Below are positions 25,501 through 40,190 of a stretch of DNA of 64,000 nt, in pieces (the stretch's first letter is position 1; every line of letters begins with the position of its first letter). Both the position numbers and the translations under genes were made by a program. Origin of the DNA: Neoechinorhynchus agilis (Eukaryota > Animalia > Acanthocephala); assembly GCA_051530055.1 (NCBI GenBank), contig CM121343.1:4372389-4436388 (forward strand). The letters are read 5' to 3'. The notes beneath the pieces are model-generated. The model ran no database searches and had not been told where the DNA came from. It saw only the letters and a program-made list of their open reading frames with translations.

Positions 25501-28500
25501 TGTCCTGTTGATCCCGGTGGACCAGGTAATCCATCGATTCCGGGTGGTCCTGTATCTCCACGAATTCCACGCACGGATGAACCAATTTCTCCCTTTTGTC
25601 CTTTCTGTCCACCTAATCCAGGATGACCGTGAAGCCCAGGACTTCCGCGCGGTCCAGGAAGACCAATGTCTCCTACTTCACCAGCTTCCCCGGCTGCACC
25701 AGGTGAACCAGGCAAACCCCTGATTCCTTGTAGACCTGGTACGCCAATTAGTCCTGGCACGTCCATAGCACTTGAGTCGCCCTTTTCTCCTTTGGCACCC
25801 TGCAATCCAGGCAAACCAGGTAAACCGGAGGTTCCCTTTGCTCCAGCAGGTCCAAGTCGACCTCGTAGACCGGGCTCACCGGGATATCCGCGATTTCCTG
25901 GTTCTCCACGTGGACCAGGCAACCCCATCAAACCAACATCACCGGGTTCGCCTTTCCGACCAGCAATACCTGGCAAACCATGTTTCCCCTCTCGTCCTGG
26001 CATTCCAGGCAAGCCAACGGAGCCTGAATCACCCTGCACTCCCTTTTTCCCATCCACGCCAGGGGTTGATAGTGGCATCGGTGCTGGCTCCCCGGGTTCA
26101 CCTGAATATTAGATGTAGCTTGTATATCTCATTAAGGCAATCCTATAAGATACCTGTTTGGCCTTTTCTTCCCCGCTTGCCCATTGGACCACGATCTCCA
26201 ACTTGACCGGCTGGCCCAGGCATTGGATACGGCGCCACTTCTCCTTCCTCACCAACAGCTCCTTGAGATCCAATTTGTCCAGCCGGGCCTGGAGGTCCGG
26301 TCTCCCCGGGAACACCCTTAATGTATGTAATTTCTTAACTAACTCCAAATTTGATGATTCTCTTACATCAGCACCAATTTCACCTTTTGCGCCATAGCTT
26401 CCGGGTCTCCCAGGAATTCCGAAATCACCAACTTCACCGAAAACTCCCATAGGACCGGGTTCGCCCGGCACACCTTTCATTCCTTTAACCCCGTCTAACG
26501 AAATGACTTCTCCGGCATCTCCTTTTTCGCCTGCTAATCCATCATTTCCCGAACGCCCATCGTAACCCTTTTAAACAAAAAGTTAAACAACTCACATGCG
26601 TAAAAAAGACTAACTTGTGTGCCTTTTGCACCACGCAATCCAACCGCTCCGACAAATCCTTGATCGCCTTTTAATCCGCGTAATCCCGGTGGACCTACGG
26701 GACCTGTACGTCCCGGATATCCAACGTCTCCAGCATCACCGCGCTTTCCGGGTGGCGGCCGCGGACAGTACGGGCATGGTCCAATGTCACCTATAAAACT
26801 TTTTGACTCCCTTCATATTGTTAATATGCGCACCTTTGATTCCTTGTGGTCCGGATACGCCTGGTAAGCCCGGTGCTCCAGGATATCCTCTTGGTCCGGG
26901 CATACCAAGGAAACCTTTCGGTCCCCGCCCAACGAATCCACCATGCGTGGCAGGAATTCCTACGTTTGCATATCATAGTGTATTCCACTAACTGCAAGTC
27001 CCTCTTTACCTGGCAATCCTTGATATCCAGGTTCACCCATGGGTCCCGGCATTCCTGTTGATCCAGGGCGTCCCTGTACTCCAGCAGTGCCCATTGGACC
27101 CTGAGAAGAATCTCCTTTAGCTCCTACAACTCCAGGCTCTCCTTTCCTTCCAATCCGACCAGCCGGGCCTGGTTCACCATACACACCAGGTAAACCTATA
27201 AAAATACCAATGTTGAAAGTTGATTTCCGGACGAAATAATCCTACCATCGTCGCCGCGAGAACCCTTTTCAGTATCGCCAGGGCTACCAGCTGGACCACT
27301 GACTCCCATTGGCCCAATATCTCCCTTTTCTCCTTTGTAACCTACATCGCCTGCGATACCAACAGGCCCTGGTTTTCCCATCCTTCCTGGAGCACCTTGC
27401 ATTCCCATCGGACCTTCCTGTCCAGTTACGGTGGTAACAGAAATCGTTCCTTGGACCTGCAATATCCATTGAGTTCAATGAGAATTATGCATCCCCAAAC
27501 AAACATTTTTTCCAGGAGGTCCTTGCAATCCAGCGTCTCCCTGATAACCCTTTATTCCTCTTCTCCCAGGAATGCCATGTAGACCAGACTGTCCGATTGG
27601 ACCTTCAGATCCAAGTTCGCCTTTTTTACCAGGAACCCCAGCTGCTCCTGGTTTTCCTCGTTTACCTATGGGACCTGGCGACCCAATGTCTCCCTTTTCT
27701 CCTTTTGACCCTTGTAATCCTCGACTTCCCTATATAGAAATCATTATCATGAGTACAGAGCATCTGTCGAAATAACCATATATCCTTGGTTTCCCATTGA
27801 ACCAACCGGACCTTGATCACCCGTGTCGCCCTTATATCCTTTGATCGTTGTTACACCTGAATGGGTTAGAGCTGCAGCAAGGTGAGTTCAGTATCATCTG
27901 CTGAGCGGCAAGGCAAATCATACGCGAATCGCTGATCGGTAACGTTCTCGCAAGCGATTTCTAATTTTTAGCTTTGACCAATTTTTATATATTAGTATCA
28001 ATTTAAAAGGCTTAAACATTGAGCACTAATTTTAAGGCTAACAACAGTAAGGCATCTAGTATTGACACTTACTACACTTCTCCGAGGACCAATCAGCGCA
28101 ATCTTAAAAATAGAACGTATGAAATTCATGTTGGCAAATTAGAGATTTGCAACGACCTCATGTTGTCACATTGTACAGAATTGGAAATCAATATACTCAC
28201 CGGACACTTCAGTTACACTCCTTCCAGGAGAACCTGGAAACCCAGGATCTCCGCGAATTCCCTTCATTCCCTTAATTGTCTCGCCTTGCTCGCCTTTCGT
28301 CCCACGGCTTCCTTTATAACCGGGTGGTCCCTCACAAATAGCAACAGTTTTACTCGTTCAACGTGAAAGATAAAATTGTGACTTACGATTGGTCCCATCG
28401 GGCCAGTGTCTCCTGGTATCCCTGGCTCTCCCGGATAACCACGTGAGCCCTAATTAAGTGCTGAACAGATGTCTTAGCCCAAAAGTGACTAACTGTTCCA

Positions 28501-29523
28501 CCGGCTTGTCCTGCCTCTCCTCTTGAACCTTTAAGGCCAACTACTCTATCGTACAGGTAAGCATCGCCGGAATCTCCCTTATAGAATAAGTCAAACGTGT
28601 TGCACTATTAAAATACTTACTTTTAACCCGGGAGATCCTGATCTACCTGGCAGGCCTGGAATGCCGTCCCTTCCTGGTTTACCGGGTTCTCCCGTTGCAC
28701 CGGCTGATCCATTACATCCGGGAACACCGGAAACGCCCATTGGGCCCATGACTCCTTTGGGACCCTTTAAGACGAAGCTTTAATTTCATGCACTTAAAAG
28801 TATTAGGGAACATACGTGGAATCCTGGTATTCCGTCTCTACCCTGCAATCCCATATTTCCCTAATTATAGAAATCGAAGATATAACTAATAAGATCATGG
28901 GATAAAAACAGACTCGTTCGCCTTTTCGACCGTAAGCACCTCGTTCCCCATTGTCCCCTTTGACGCCAGTAGGTCCTAAGTTTCCAGTAGGTCCCTGAAG
29001 TCCACGTGGGCCGGGTGCGCCCGCATATCCTTTTACTCCAATTTCTCCCCGTTCTCCTTTTCCTGGACAAGGACAATTCCGCATCGCACCACATCCCTTT
29101 CCACAAGCTCTTTTACTTCTGCCAACATCGTGATCATCGTCTGAATTATCAATTATCTTTTTTTCAGACCTCTAAATAAGTGATGCAGGCAGGATTAATA
29201 ATATTGAGATCAATGTTATTGAAATGCGGTAAGCCTTAAATTTTGAAACCTAATAAAAGTATTACCGTTTAAATATGATTAATTATAAGCTTCATAATGG
29301 AAATGTTATAATTGGCTTTCATATAAATGGATTTTGTGATTTTTTTCGGGACTTTGCACTCTAGTAGATGCAAGTAGTTTTCCTTCTTTCAAGAACAATA
29401 AAGTAGATAATTAATATTTCGTCGTTCTTAGTAGTGGTTACTGTTTGTGTTTACCTTTGAATGAATAGTCAGAAACAAGGAGTGCACAATGATAACAATC
29501 AGCGTGGACCGTAAAAGCAGCAT
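22535..29523 (-). CDS. COL4A1: Collagen type IV alpha1-like chain, multi-exon; 5' exon structure tentative
   Basis: Long interrupted Gly-X-Y domain; N-terminal ACGKGCG…[10 protein letters not shown] (emb-9-like); NC1 with [26 protein letters not shown]. Candidate signal peptide [22 protein letters not shown] from 29523. Confidence 0.85.
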
Positions 29524-31362
29524 TTGTCGTAGCGCTAAGCTGCTTGCCCAATCTTTAGATGAATGGCAGCAGTGTCTCTATGGGCAGTTGTGAGTTGGAA
29601 GAGATGATTGTAACTGTGAAAGGGCTCCACGCTTGTCTTATGTCTTTTCGAGTTCAGCGTACGGATAAGAAGAGGAAGGTATGTGTGTGTATGGTGGTAT
29701 TCGCTGGTAGGTTTATTGTCTCCTCTAAAATTCGGATGAGGAGCGCAACTGCAGAAGCGTGCAGTGTGTGTGTGAGCTCCAGGCCGGAAGGTTTGTCATC
29801 GGCATCAGAGGAAAATGATGTATTCAGAGAAAAGAACCAGACTGATGAGCGGATTTCTAGTAGTGCATGAGAGACAGGACGTATAGTCTGCTTCTAAGAG
29901 GTGCTTCCGGCGGCTATGAACATATCATCCCTTTGTTGGCGGTACGTTCAGTGCATAATGATTTGTGCGTTCCACGGTTTGATGGATTTTCGGTGCAGAA
30001 AATCCATAGTTAAGAAGGATGTAGCTATGCACATGCCTCTCCAGATCTCCCGTTTCACCACCACCACCGACATCAACTACCGTTAATAAGCCTTCATAGA
30101 AGCGCAAATCGGTTTTTCGTCGTCGCCGTCGTCGTTCCGGTTCAGCATTTTATTTAGCTGTATTCTGGGTGCATTTTGTGGAAGACGGGTGCGTTTCGGG
30201 AGGTCTCTATATGTGCATGATGGTGGTTTGTAACCGTTTACCAAAGCATGCTGGCAATATGTGCTGTCACAGCAGCCCCAGCAGCACCGCTACGGCGCAT
30301 AACCCCTGCCTTCTTTTATGTATATGTAGTCTCTAGAAGATCTTATATATAAAGAAGATGCCTGAAGTGATCCCCGTACGCAGCACCACTTAGTCCCATT
30401 GCCTCTTTTTTTCTGACTTTTCGTCATTTTCTCATCATCCAATTGTGGTGTCTTCTTATGTCAGCAGAGAACTTCGCCGATAGTGGCACCAAATCGGATG
30501 CCACGTACGGTGGAGATAGAAACATACCTCAACAAATGAAGCCTCGCTGTAGATCTACTACTTGTAATAATTATCTTCGTTCTGCTAGAACCACACCAAC
30601 GACGCCGCTTCTTCTGATTTGCCTGATAGTGCTACTCTTCCCCACATCAAATGCCACCACCACCACACAACAAACCCATTGTAAAGCTACCAAATAGTGC
30701 ACCATGGGATCATTCTTAGCCTTATATGCTCCCTATATTTGATTTTGTATATTTTAAACGGTGCATACTCGCTTGGTGTACCCACCACCCACACAACTTG
30801 CAAACTATATCCCACGAGTTTTAGTAGATCCCTACATTCATAGTCCAATTTTTCCTTACTCGTCCATTCTAAGTACCTACTGGACGCAGCAATTAGACAA
30901 AAGAAAATCGTTATAAGGGCATAAGCAGCAGAGATCGCGTTTATTCCTACTTTTAGATACAAAGTAGAGAGAAAGGAGAGGGGTATACTAACGGACAGCG
31001 GACACTGGCTAAGTTCAAATCCATCATATTCACAAGGACAGACCTGCGCGCGAGAGAGGGGTTTGCGTAATTTTCAAAAAAGGGCAAATTTCCTCCATCA
31101 ATTAGTAGAATACAATTGGAGATCTGTAAGTTTTGAGTGAAAGCCACCGTTGAACTTGTGTGTGCGTATATGTAACTAATTAAAATTTTAAAGGAATTAA
31201 TGGACTCAAGGAACGTCGTCGTATTTCCTGACGATGAACTGCGATTAAGTAATAGCAATTTTGCTTCCAAAACAAGAAGGCGGCGTAAGAAGCCTTTCAA
31301 TTCTTCAAATGGGTATGTAGTTGACTGAGCGGATGCACACACACATGGCAACCGTATTTGTG

Positions 31363-34300
31363 ATGTCTCGGTATTTTATCGGACGTCTAGTCGAATTGCT
31401 CGCTCGTCGCACAGTTAACGGTTTCCATGCTCATCGCTCTCTCTCACACACCGCCATTCTCTTGTTTGAAATCTTTAAAGTAGTTCACTTACTCTTGTCG
31501 TTTGTTAGATTAATATCGAAAAATCAAATATTACTTATCTACTTTGTTGCGATTTGGATTAACCAATGCCGGTGTCAACAAGTATGCTTTCTCTCTTTAT
31601 GCATTAGCGTCTCACAATTAATTTTACAGCATAATAGAGGTCCTCTCCCACCCGGCTACCATTATGTGAACAACGTCGCGAGTCCTTACGTACCGGATGC
31701 CACTTCCGACTGTGGAAACTGCCAGTATCCCTGTTTCTGCATTGCACAAAAAGGCGAAAGAGTACGTCGTACTCCCATATTCTCCTTCGTCTGTATATAT
31801 CCTTCTTTGCTTTAAAAGGGATACATGGGTCCACAAGGATCTGTAGGACCCATTGGCCCACCCGGTATTCCCGGGGCTGAAGGACCGGAAGGTCTGAAAG
31901 GTGATAAGGGAGATCGCGGTGTTCCTGGATTAATAGGACCAAGGGGTGAAAGGGTAAGCAAATTTGTCTTTTGTCTTTGTACGTGTATGGGTGACTAGGG
32001 TTCGAGTGGAATTCCTGGACACCCTGGTATTCCTGGCTTACCTGGCTTACCTGGAGAAACTGGACCTACAGGAATTCCTGGAAATGATGGCTGCAACGGA
32101 TCGACGGTAGTACCATCATGATGTTTCCCATTATAAAATCAACTCATGACCGTAGGGGCAACCCGGCATTTCTGGTCTACCTGGAAAGCCTGGTTTAGTC
32201 GGTGTCCCTGGCCTACCCGGAATAAAGGGAGCAAAAGGTGAACCAGCGTCGGCGCTTCCAGGAATGAAAGGCGAAAAGGTAAGTCGCTTAAATGAGATCA
32301 TTCTTACATTTCTGGTTTCTTAAAAGGGTGATTCCGGACTACAAGGAACACCTGGCGCCCAAGGAGCACCAGGAGAGTCCGGACTACCCGGACCAATCGG
32401 TCCACCTGGATTACAAGGTGTTATGGTAGGCCAGCACTTAATTTCAGAAATATCTACACTCGTGCATTGGTAAAGGGTCCTCTGGGCATGAAAGGTGACA
32501 AAGGTGACAAGGGAATGCCCGGTCTTGGACTTGAAGGACAAAAAGGTGAAAGGGGTCCACCAGGACCCTCTGGACCACCGGGAGAATTTATTGAACTTAC
32601 TGGAAATGTTACGATCGTTTCAATGCCTAGTATCATGGCATCTCGTGGCGACAAAGGAAATATGGGTCCTAAGGGTGAAGCAGGAATGCCTGGGCGTCCA
32701 GGCATGCCAGGCGAACATGGTTTGCCTGGTGAAAAGGGTGAAAAGGGACTTTTTGGATCCGCTGGACCAAGAGGATACCCCGGAATGCCCGGACCGTCAG
32801 GAATTCCAGGTCAGACCGGTGCAGTTGGATATCCAGGACGCCCTGGAAGAGACGGTGCGGCTGGACGGCCCGGTGAAATGGGCGAGAAAGGAGACCGCGG
32901 CCTTACTGGCCCTATAGGTGTGCCGGGGCAATGCATTCCTGTAAGTAAAATACTAACATCTCGCTGTGAATACGCTATGCTTAATGTACAGATTGATGGT
33001 CAACCTAGATATGGAAAACAAGGACCAATTGGTCCCCCCGGTCCACCGGGACCACCGGGTGTACCTGGGTTTGAGGGACCAAAGGGAAGCATGGGATTGA
33101 TGGGACCAAGAGGTGATACTGGAGATCAAGGACTTCCTGGCATGCCCGGTATACCGGGTATGTCTGGTAAAAAAGGTGAACGAGGTGAACCTGGTCGAAC
33201 AGGTATGAACAGTCTTTCAAACAAAAATCTAATGGTCAAGTTGTTCACTAGGTAATCGTGGAGCTGCTGGTTACCCAGGTAGCCCTGGACTACCTGGACC
33301 GAAGGGTGAACCTGGCCCAAAAGGAGAACCAGGATACGGAATCCCTGGAATGCAAGGGCCACCAGGAATGGACGGTTATCCCGGAGAAAGAGGTGTAAAG
33401 GGCGAGCGTGGCTTACCCGGCATGATGGGGGCGCCTGGCAATTCAAGTTTTGGACTTCCTGGACCGCAGGGCAACACTGGTCCTTCTGGTTTGCCTGGTT
33501 TGCCTGGTAGCGATGGTTTGCCAGGTCCTCGTGGTCCAAAGGGAGAAACGGGTTAGTTAGTTAGGAAGTGATAAATGTTTACATTGTATATAGGACCCGT
33601 GGGAATATGTGGTTGCACCGACGGTATCAAAGGAGAGAAAGGAGAAGCAGGTGCTCCAGGAACACTGGGTCTTCCTGGCTCACGTGGAGTCATGGGGGAC
33701 AAGGGTGATAGAGGAGATATCGGATTACCTGGACCACCAGGCGCGGTCGGTGAGCCGGGAGATGTTGGACGGTCTGGTACACCCGGACGACACGGCGAAA
33801 AGGGTTCAAAAGGAGAACCGGCATATGCTGAAGGCCTTCAAGGAGTTCCTGGGCAAAAAGGTGATCCCGGGCTACCGGGCATGAAGGGAGAAAAAGGTCG
33901 ATCTGGTTTAAGTGGACGAGATGGAATACCTGGCGTTTCTGGAATCAAGGGCGAAATGGGCCGTAAAGGAGAACCGGGTTACCCTGGCATGCCAGGTCCT
34001 CCTGGACAGACTGGACCTACTGGATTGCGTGGACCATCTGGAAGGTCACTACCCGGTGTATCCGGCGAGAAAGGCTTACCTGGCCCAGTTGGACCTCATG
34101 GACCATTTGGACTCAAAGGAGAAAAGGGCGAACCCGGTATGCTCTCGCCGGCTGTTTTATTGCATTTACTTTAGCGTTATAAAACATAGGTCGGCAGTAC
34201 GCTGGTCCACTGATTGGTACACCTGGCTTAAGAGGCGATAAAGGAAACACGGGATTACCCGGTCCCATGGGACCACCGGGTCACCCAGGAAATGACGGAA

Positions 34301-37300
34301 TGCCTGGGGTTCCTGGATTGGCTGGACAAAAGGGAGAACGTGGACCTGCAGGACAACCCGGTTTGATTGGGCCCATAGGTATTTTGCAACGAATACAAAA
34401 TGTAAATTATTTTTACATCCTTTGTAAATAGGAATCACCGGCGCTCGAGGAGAAATCGGCCAACCCGGGTTGCCCGGTTTTGTTGGTCAACCAGGACCAA
34501 AAGGTGATGATGGTTTGCCTGGTATGCACGGTTTGAAGGGATCAAAAGGTGAATCTGGAATCGTTTTACCTGGTTCAAGAGGACCTCCTGGACCTAGAGG
34601 CCCACAGGGGGAAACTGGATTACCTGGGCTCCCAGGAGCACCGGGTTCTAAAGGATTTATTGGACGCCCGGGACCGAAAGGAGAACGTGGGGTTCCTGGA
34701 CAGAGTGGTATCCCAGGATTACCTGGTCTTAAAGGAGACAAAGGAGCACAAGGATTTCCAGGGCAGAAAGGCGATATGGGAATGCCTGGTTTGCCCGGAA
34801 AACCTGGGCAAATGGGACCAACCGGAATGCCTGGACCGCAAGGCAATGTGGGATCTCCGGGAGAGCCTGGTCGCATGGGTCAAAGGGGAGATGATGGCTT
34901 GCCTGGTCCTATCGGAATGCCAGGACTCAAGGGAGACAAGGGTCTCAGAGGTCTGACGGGAAGTCCCGGTATGCCTGGTTTGCAAGGTGCCAAAGGTCAA
35001 CACGGATTGCCCGGCTTGCCTGGTTTGAAAGGCAGAGATGGTACGTTTGGCGTGCATGGGATGAAGGGAGCGAAGGGCGAATCTGGAAGGCCTGGAGAGG
35101 CATGTGCAAGATGTCAAGATGGAGTACGAGGACCGAAAGGCGAACCAGGAATGACAGGAATGCATGGTGCAAAAGGCGAGCCAGGTCTAATGGGTATACC
35201 TGGCCCTAAAGGTAATAGAGGACCATCTGGTATGATGGGTCCAATAGGAGCCCTTGGGCCCCCTGGAAAGGATGGAATGCCAGGCCTACCTGGACCAAAA
35301 GGCAAAGACGGAGTGGGACCAACAGGAGAAAAGGGCTACCCAGGATTACCGGGCAGGCAAGGCGCTCCAGGTCTTATAGGTATGGTAGGACCCCAAGGCC
35401 TTTCAGGAACACCAGGTCCACCTGGTCCCAAGGGACAGCAGGTAAACATCAAGTTTATATGATAAAAGCTGAATTAGCATCAAAACATTCAGGGAATGGC
35501 TGGTCTACCAGGATTACCCGGCGAACCGGGAAAACAAGGACCAATGGGGCCGTCAGGTTTAATGGGTCCTGCAGGTGTAACCGGACAAAAAGGAGAAGCA
35601 GGTTTACCTGGTTTTCCTGGCGTACCTGGTTTTCCGGGACCAAAAGGATCAAGCGGTTTACCAGGCCCCCCTGGTCGAGATGGAATAAGAGGACTTCCCG
35701 GAGTTCCTGGTGAAAAGGGAATACAGGGATTGCCAGGTACAAGCCGAAATATTAAGTTTATGGCGTAAATACTCAATTGCTTTAGGAGTGCGAGGTGTCA
35801 AAGGTAATATTGGTATAGCAGGTCCTCCTGGAATGCCGGGACAACAGGGACAAGCGGGGCCTGTCGGTGCTCCAGGACTACCAGGATTGAAAGGTATGAC
35901 TTGGAAATATAGATCATTAAATTTTGACATATCTTTTAAATTAGGTCAACGCGGTAAGGATGGATTACCTGGAATGACTGGTCCAAAAGGTGATCGGGGT
36001 TTCAGTGGTGAGAAGGGAGAAACTGGACTGGCTGGAATGCCTGGATTGAAAGGAATGCCCGGCATAGCTATACCAGGACCCAAGGGAGATAAGGGCCGTC
36101 AAGGTTTTGATGGTCTGCATGGAGAAAAGGGTGATAAAGGTAAAACTTTGCCAATGGCCGAAATATTTCACATATGACTATAATAATTGTGTTATAGGCC
36201 AGAGGGGATACCCTGGAACACCCGGAGCAAAGGGTGATGATTGTAGATTCGCGAGTCAAGGACAGAAAGGAGAACCTGGTCTGCAAGGTCAATCCGGCGC
36301 GCCTGGATTGCCAGGAATGATTGGACCAATAGGCGATGCTGGCCTTCCAGGGGCTGTGGGCCTACCAGGGCTGCAAGGAGAACGAGGTGAAAAGGGAAAT
36401 ATTGGACCGATGGGTGTTGCTGGAGAGCGCGGCCCAGCAGGACCACCGGGACCACCAGGATTGATGGGTCAACCTGGGCCGAAAGGTGATAGTGGTTTAC
36501 CTGGACCGATTGGTCCGCGTGGATTGGATGGCTCGAAAGGTGACCGTGGTGAAAGGGGCGATGCAGGTTTTCCTGGTGTTCCAGGATTACCCGGACCAAC
36601 TGGGTTGTGTGAATCTGGACCATCTGTTAAAGGAGACAAAGGTGCTAAAGGTGAAAGAGGATTCCCGGGTCCTCCTGGTGTCGCTGGACCTCCTGGTATG
36701 CACGGCAGTCCTGGATTGCCCGGTGAAATTGGTGAACCGGGTTCACCTGGTAAACCAGGTTTGGTAGGTCGAATTGGAGAAAAAGGAGAGCCTGGATTGG
36801 CAGGTATGACGGGTTCCCCTGGTTTGCCTGGTCAGCCTGGTCCTCCGGGTTTTCCTGGTTCACCTGGAGCCAGTCTGCAGCGTACTGGGTTTATGTTGAC
36901 TCGTCATTCTCAATCGACGACCGTTCCTTTCTGCCCACCGGGAACAATAAAAGTATGGGATGGATACAGTCTTTTGATGATTCATGCAAATGAACATGGA
37001 TATGAGCAAGATTTGGGATCTGCCGGATCATGTATGCAGAAGTTTTCCCCATTGCCATACATGCGTTGTGATCAGACAAACGTTTGCTACTACGGTCAAA
37101 CCAACGATGTGACCTATTATTTGTCTACAAATGAGCAAATGCCAATGATGCCAGTAGAAAATGAATTGATTAGACCATATATCAGTCGCTGTGCCGTTTG
37201 TGAGACCCCTACCAATGTTATGTCTTTCCACAGCATGTCAATGCAAGTGCCTAGTTGTCCAGGTGGATGGGAAGCATTATGGCAAGGCTACAGTTTTGTA

Positions 37301-37659
37301 ATGGTAAGTTGTTTGTCAAAACTCAATTGAGTTTAATGCTGGTTTTTGTTTAGCATTTGGGTCGTGGTAGTCAAGGCGGAGGTCAGTCTCTATCAAGCGC
37401 AGGAAGTTGCCTTGAAGATTTCAGAACCACTCCATTTATCGAATGTTCCGGTACAACTGGACAGTGCATGTTTTACGCCAATAAGATAAGCTTTTGGTTA
37501 ACTACAGTCGATGAACGTGAGCAGTGGAACCGGCCTCAGCAGCATACACTCAAAGCAGGACAACATCGAAACAAAGTTAGTCGTTGTGTTGTATGCATGA
37601 AACGACAGGACCGCCCCGATGTTCAATATGGTTCTCCATATCGACGAAAAAAGCTATAA
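31363..37659 (+). CDS. COL4A2: Collagen type IV alpha2-like chain, multi-exon, divergently transcribed from the alpha1-like gene
   Basis: Spliced signal peptide [19 protein letters not shown]…; [14 protein letters not shown]; Gly-X-Y exons with GT-AG introns; NC1 [45 protein letters not shown] (alpha2-type Cys spacing). Confidence 0.9.
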
Positions 37660-38425
37660 TGAACATATTGTAGCTAAAGTGATTTTTTAACCATAAAGAA
37701 ACAAAAATTTACAAACCAACGTGTATATCGAAGAGCGCAGCTATCCTCTGTGATCATCGGGTAGTCTTAACCCTCTAACCCTCACTCATCGCACTATTTT
37801 GTACTCATGGACATCAACAGCAACAATCAGACAAATTCAGTTGCAAAAAACACGACTTGTGCGGTTTGGTGTGATTGCGTCTGTGAAGCATGGATCCACC
37901 ATCTACCGGAACCAACGAGCAACCGTAATGAATACAATTTAATCTTCCTGCAACAGCCTCCATGCACCATGTACGCTTTCTCAAGTCAGTCTTATGTTGC
38001 TTTTTAAAATAATTATTTTTTTCTTTTCCTTTGAAGAGATTTTGTTACATAAATCTGTACTTTTTGTCAACATCGTATATTAATAAATTAAAAGTATCAT
38101 TCCTTACCAGCAAAATAACTCCCATCCATGGAAAATCAACATTAAGACAAGGATCAAACAATCATTCAAAATTTAGAAAGGAGGGGGAAATATCCTCGCT
38201 ATTGCCATTATAATAAATTTTACTTAATAAGAGCTTTTTAATTCCTTTATATCTTTCTCTTGAGCCTAATTTACATTAAGAAATAGATTGAAAGATATAT
38301 ATATATACAAAACCGTACATTGGAGGACCTAAGAAACAATTTTCAAAAACCGATATGCGATTTATAATTGTAAAAAAGACCATAAATCCGACAGTGAACC
38401 TTCGAGTATCTCTCACAATTGAACC

Positions 38426-38970
38426 ATTTATAGCTTTCAATACTAAAGTATATTAACTTTTGCAATTACATGACAAACGAATATATTAAATCGATTAAAT
38501 TCAAAAAACTGAAATTAATCACACTGCGGAGATTTCCTAATATTTATAAAAGAGCTTATCTTAAAAACAAAAATTATGCTCAACATTCGAACATCATTCA
38601 CCAATGAACTATTTATAGCTTTCAATACTAAAGTATATTAACTTTTGCAATTACATGGCAAACGAATATATTAAATCGATTAAATTCAAAAAACTGAAAT
38701 TAATCACACTGCGGAGATTTCCTAATATTTATAAAAGAGGTTATCTTAAAAACAAAAATTATGCTCAACATTCGAGCATCATTCACCAATGAACTATTTA
38801 TAGCTTTCAATACTAAAGTATATTAACTTTTGCAATTACATGACAAACGAATATATTAAATCGATTAAATTCAAAAAACTGGAATTAATCACACTGCTAG
38901 GATTTTTCAATATTTTTCAGAAGTTAACTTAAAAGAAAAACGTTATAGTCAACATTCCAGAATCTTTCAC
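38426..38970. repeat. 185-bp tandem repeat, about 3 copies
   Basis: Unit start atttatagctttcaatactaaag at 38426, 38611 and 38796; the third copy is diverged at its end. Confidence 0.9.
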
Positions 38971-39061
38971 TTATAAATGATTTGTAGCTTATTAAAGTAT
39001 TTGTACAAATTTTCATGCTACAAATTATATACAAATTCCAAAATCCCAGCTTTACAAGACT

Positions 39062-39680
39062 TTTTTGTAAATCTCAGCTGTCACACGAGGCCTGGCGTCA
39101 AGTGCCCGTGTCTGTGTCGTCCGGCGGTTTGGGTATCTGAAAAGACAGTCGATATTTCTCTGATAGCTTATTTGGGATCGTATGAAGCAAGCGGCAAAGT
39201 AGTTAAAACGGTTCTTGGCGAGAATTACACTTTGGATGAAGATTTCGTGGAGGCGCTTAATCTTTGGTGTGAAGATTCAGGCTGCGAACAGGTACCCGTC
39301 AATGGTTGCAAACAATCAGTTTGGGACTCACCCATGGTAGCGAGAATTCACAACTCTTTAATTTCAGATTCTCGGGACCTGGTGAACCAAACTCGATTGG
39401 TGGCAGTTTCTACAAGAGAACCGGGTGCTTGGCTCAACGCTCTCCCAATCAACCTTCACTCCGACGAGACAGCAAGGAACACATTGTCCCTGATACTCGG
39501 GGTCCGTGGAACTATTGGGACGCCATGGTCTCTTCTTCTGCCACCGGTAATAAGGTACTCAGGATACTTCTTAGAATGCGCCCAACTTCTTAGAAGCGAG
39601 CAATCTTCGCCGATTCGATGGCCGCCGTAGACCGGACGGTGTCATAGTATTCCCTTCTCTGAGACCCCACGGACACGCTC
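39062..39680 (+). mobile_element. CRE-like non-LTR retrotransposon 3' region, frameshifted
   Basis: QLSHEAWRQVPVSVSSGGLGI*, AYLGS, RLVAVSTREPGAWLNALP, GRHGL, RRPDGV across frames. Confidence 0.75.
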
Positions 39681-39879
39681 GCAGCCAAAAATAGTTGATT
39701 ATGTTATAACCTTTTTTATCTTAGGCTTTTGGTGCTCTATTGGGCACAACATCCATAAACCTTTGAAAATCATGAGGGTTTGGGTTTGCGATTGCTAGAA
39801 TTGGTTCCAAACATCCCAGATACTACGGTCAGCAGTATTTCGAAGAATCCTCGTCCTTCGATACGATACCAGATTTTTT

Positions 39880-40190
39880 ATCAACCAAATCAGAAGTGAA
39901 GATGGTAATCTCCTCGTCAACGGATCATCTCGCGGACTTGACGATACCAGCACAAAAATATGACTTGATTTTTCAGTAGGTGACACTGCTCAGTCCCTTC
40001 AAGATGCATTGGCGTATTTAGTGGACCAATTTCAGGGGGAAATTTGATTCCAAAAGCAATTGAGCTATTTTTTCCGCGTATCGCTGTGTACCCTCGCGAA
40101 AAATGAAGATGGGATTCGTCCCATTGCAATTGGAACAACTCTGTGCCACTTAAAAGCAGAAATTTTGAATAAAAGGATTGCCGAAAAGGT
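39880..40190 (+). mobile_element. CRE-like reverse transcriptase N-terminal relic
   Basis: …FFRVSLCTLAKNEDGIRPIAIGTTL resembles the CRE-clade LxKxDGGIRPIAVG motif; contains stops. Confidence 0.6.

Noticed and set aside
23657-36560. More than a dozen RGD tripeptides and internal Cys pairs in the collagens
   Set aside because: These are expected from Gly-X-Y composition and are typical of invertebrate collagen IV.
22669-37231. Many 60-200 aa ORFs overlapping the collagen genes
   Set aside because: They are antisense or alternate-frame shadows of stop-poor Gly-X-Y codons, not independent genes.
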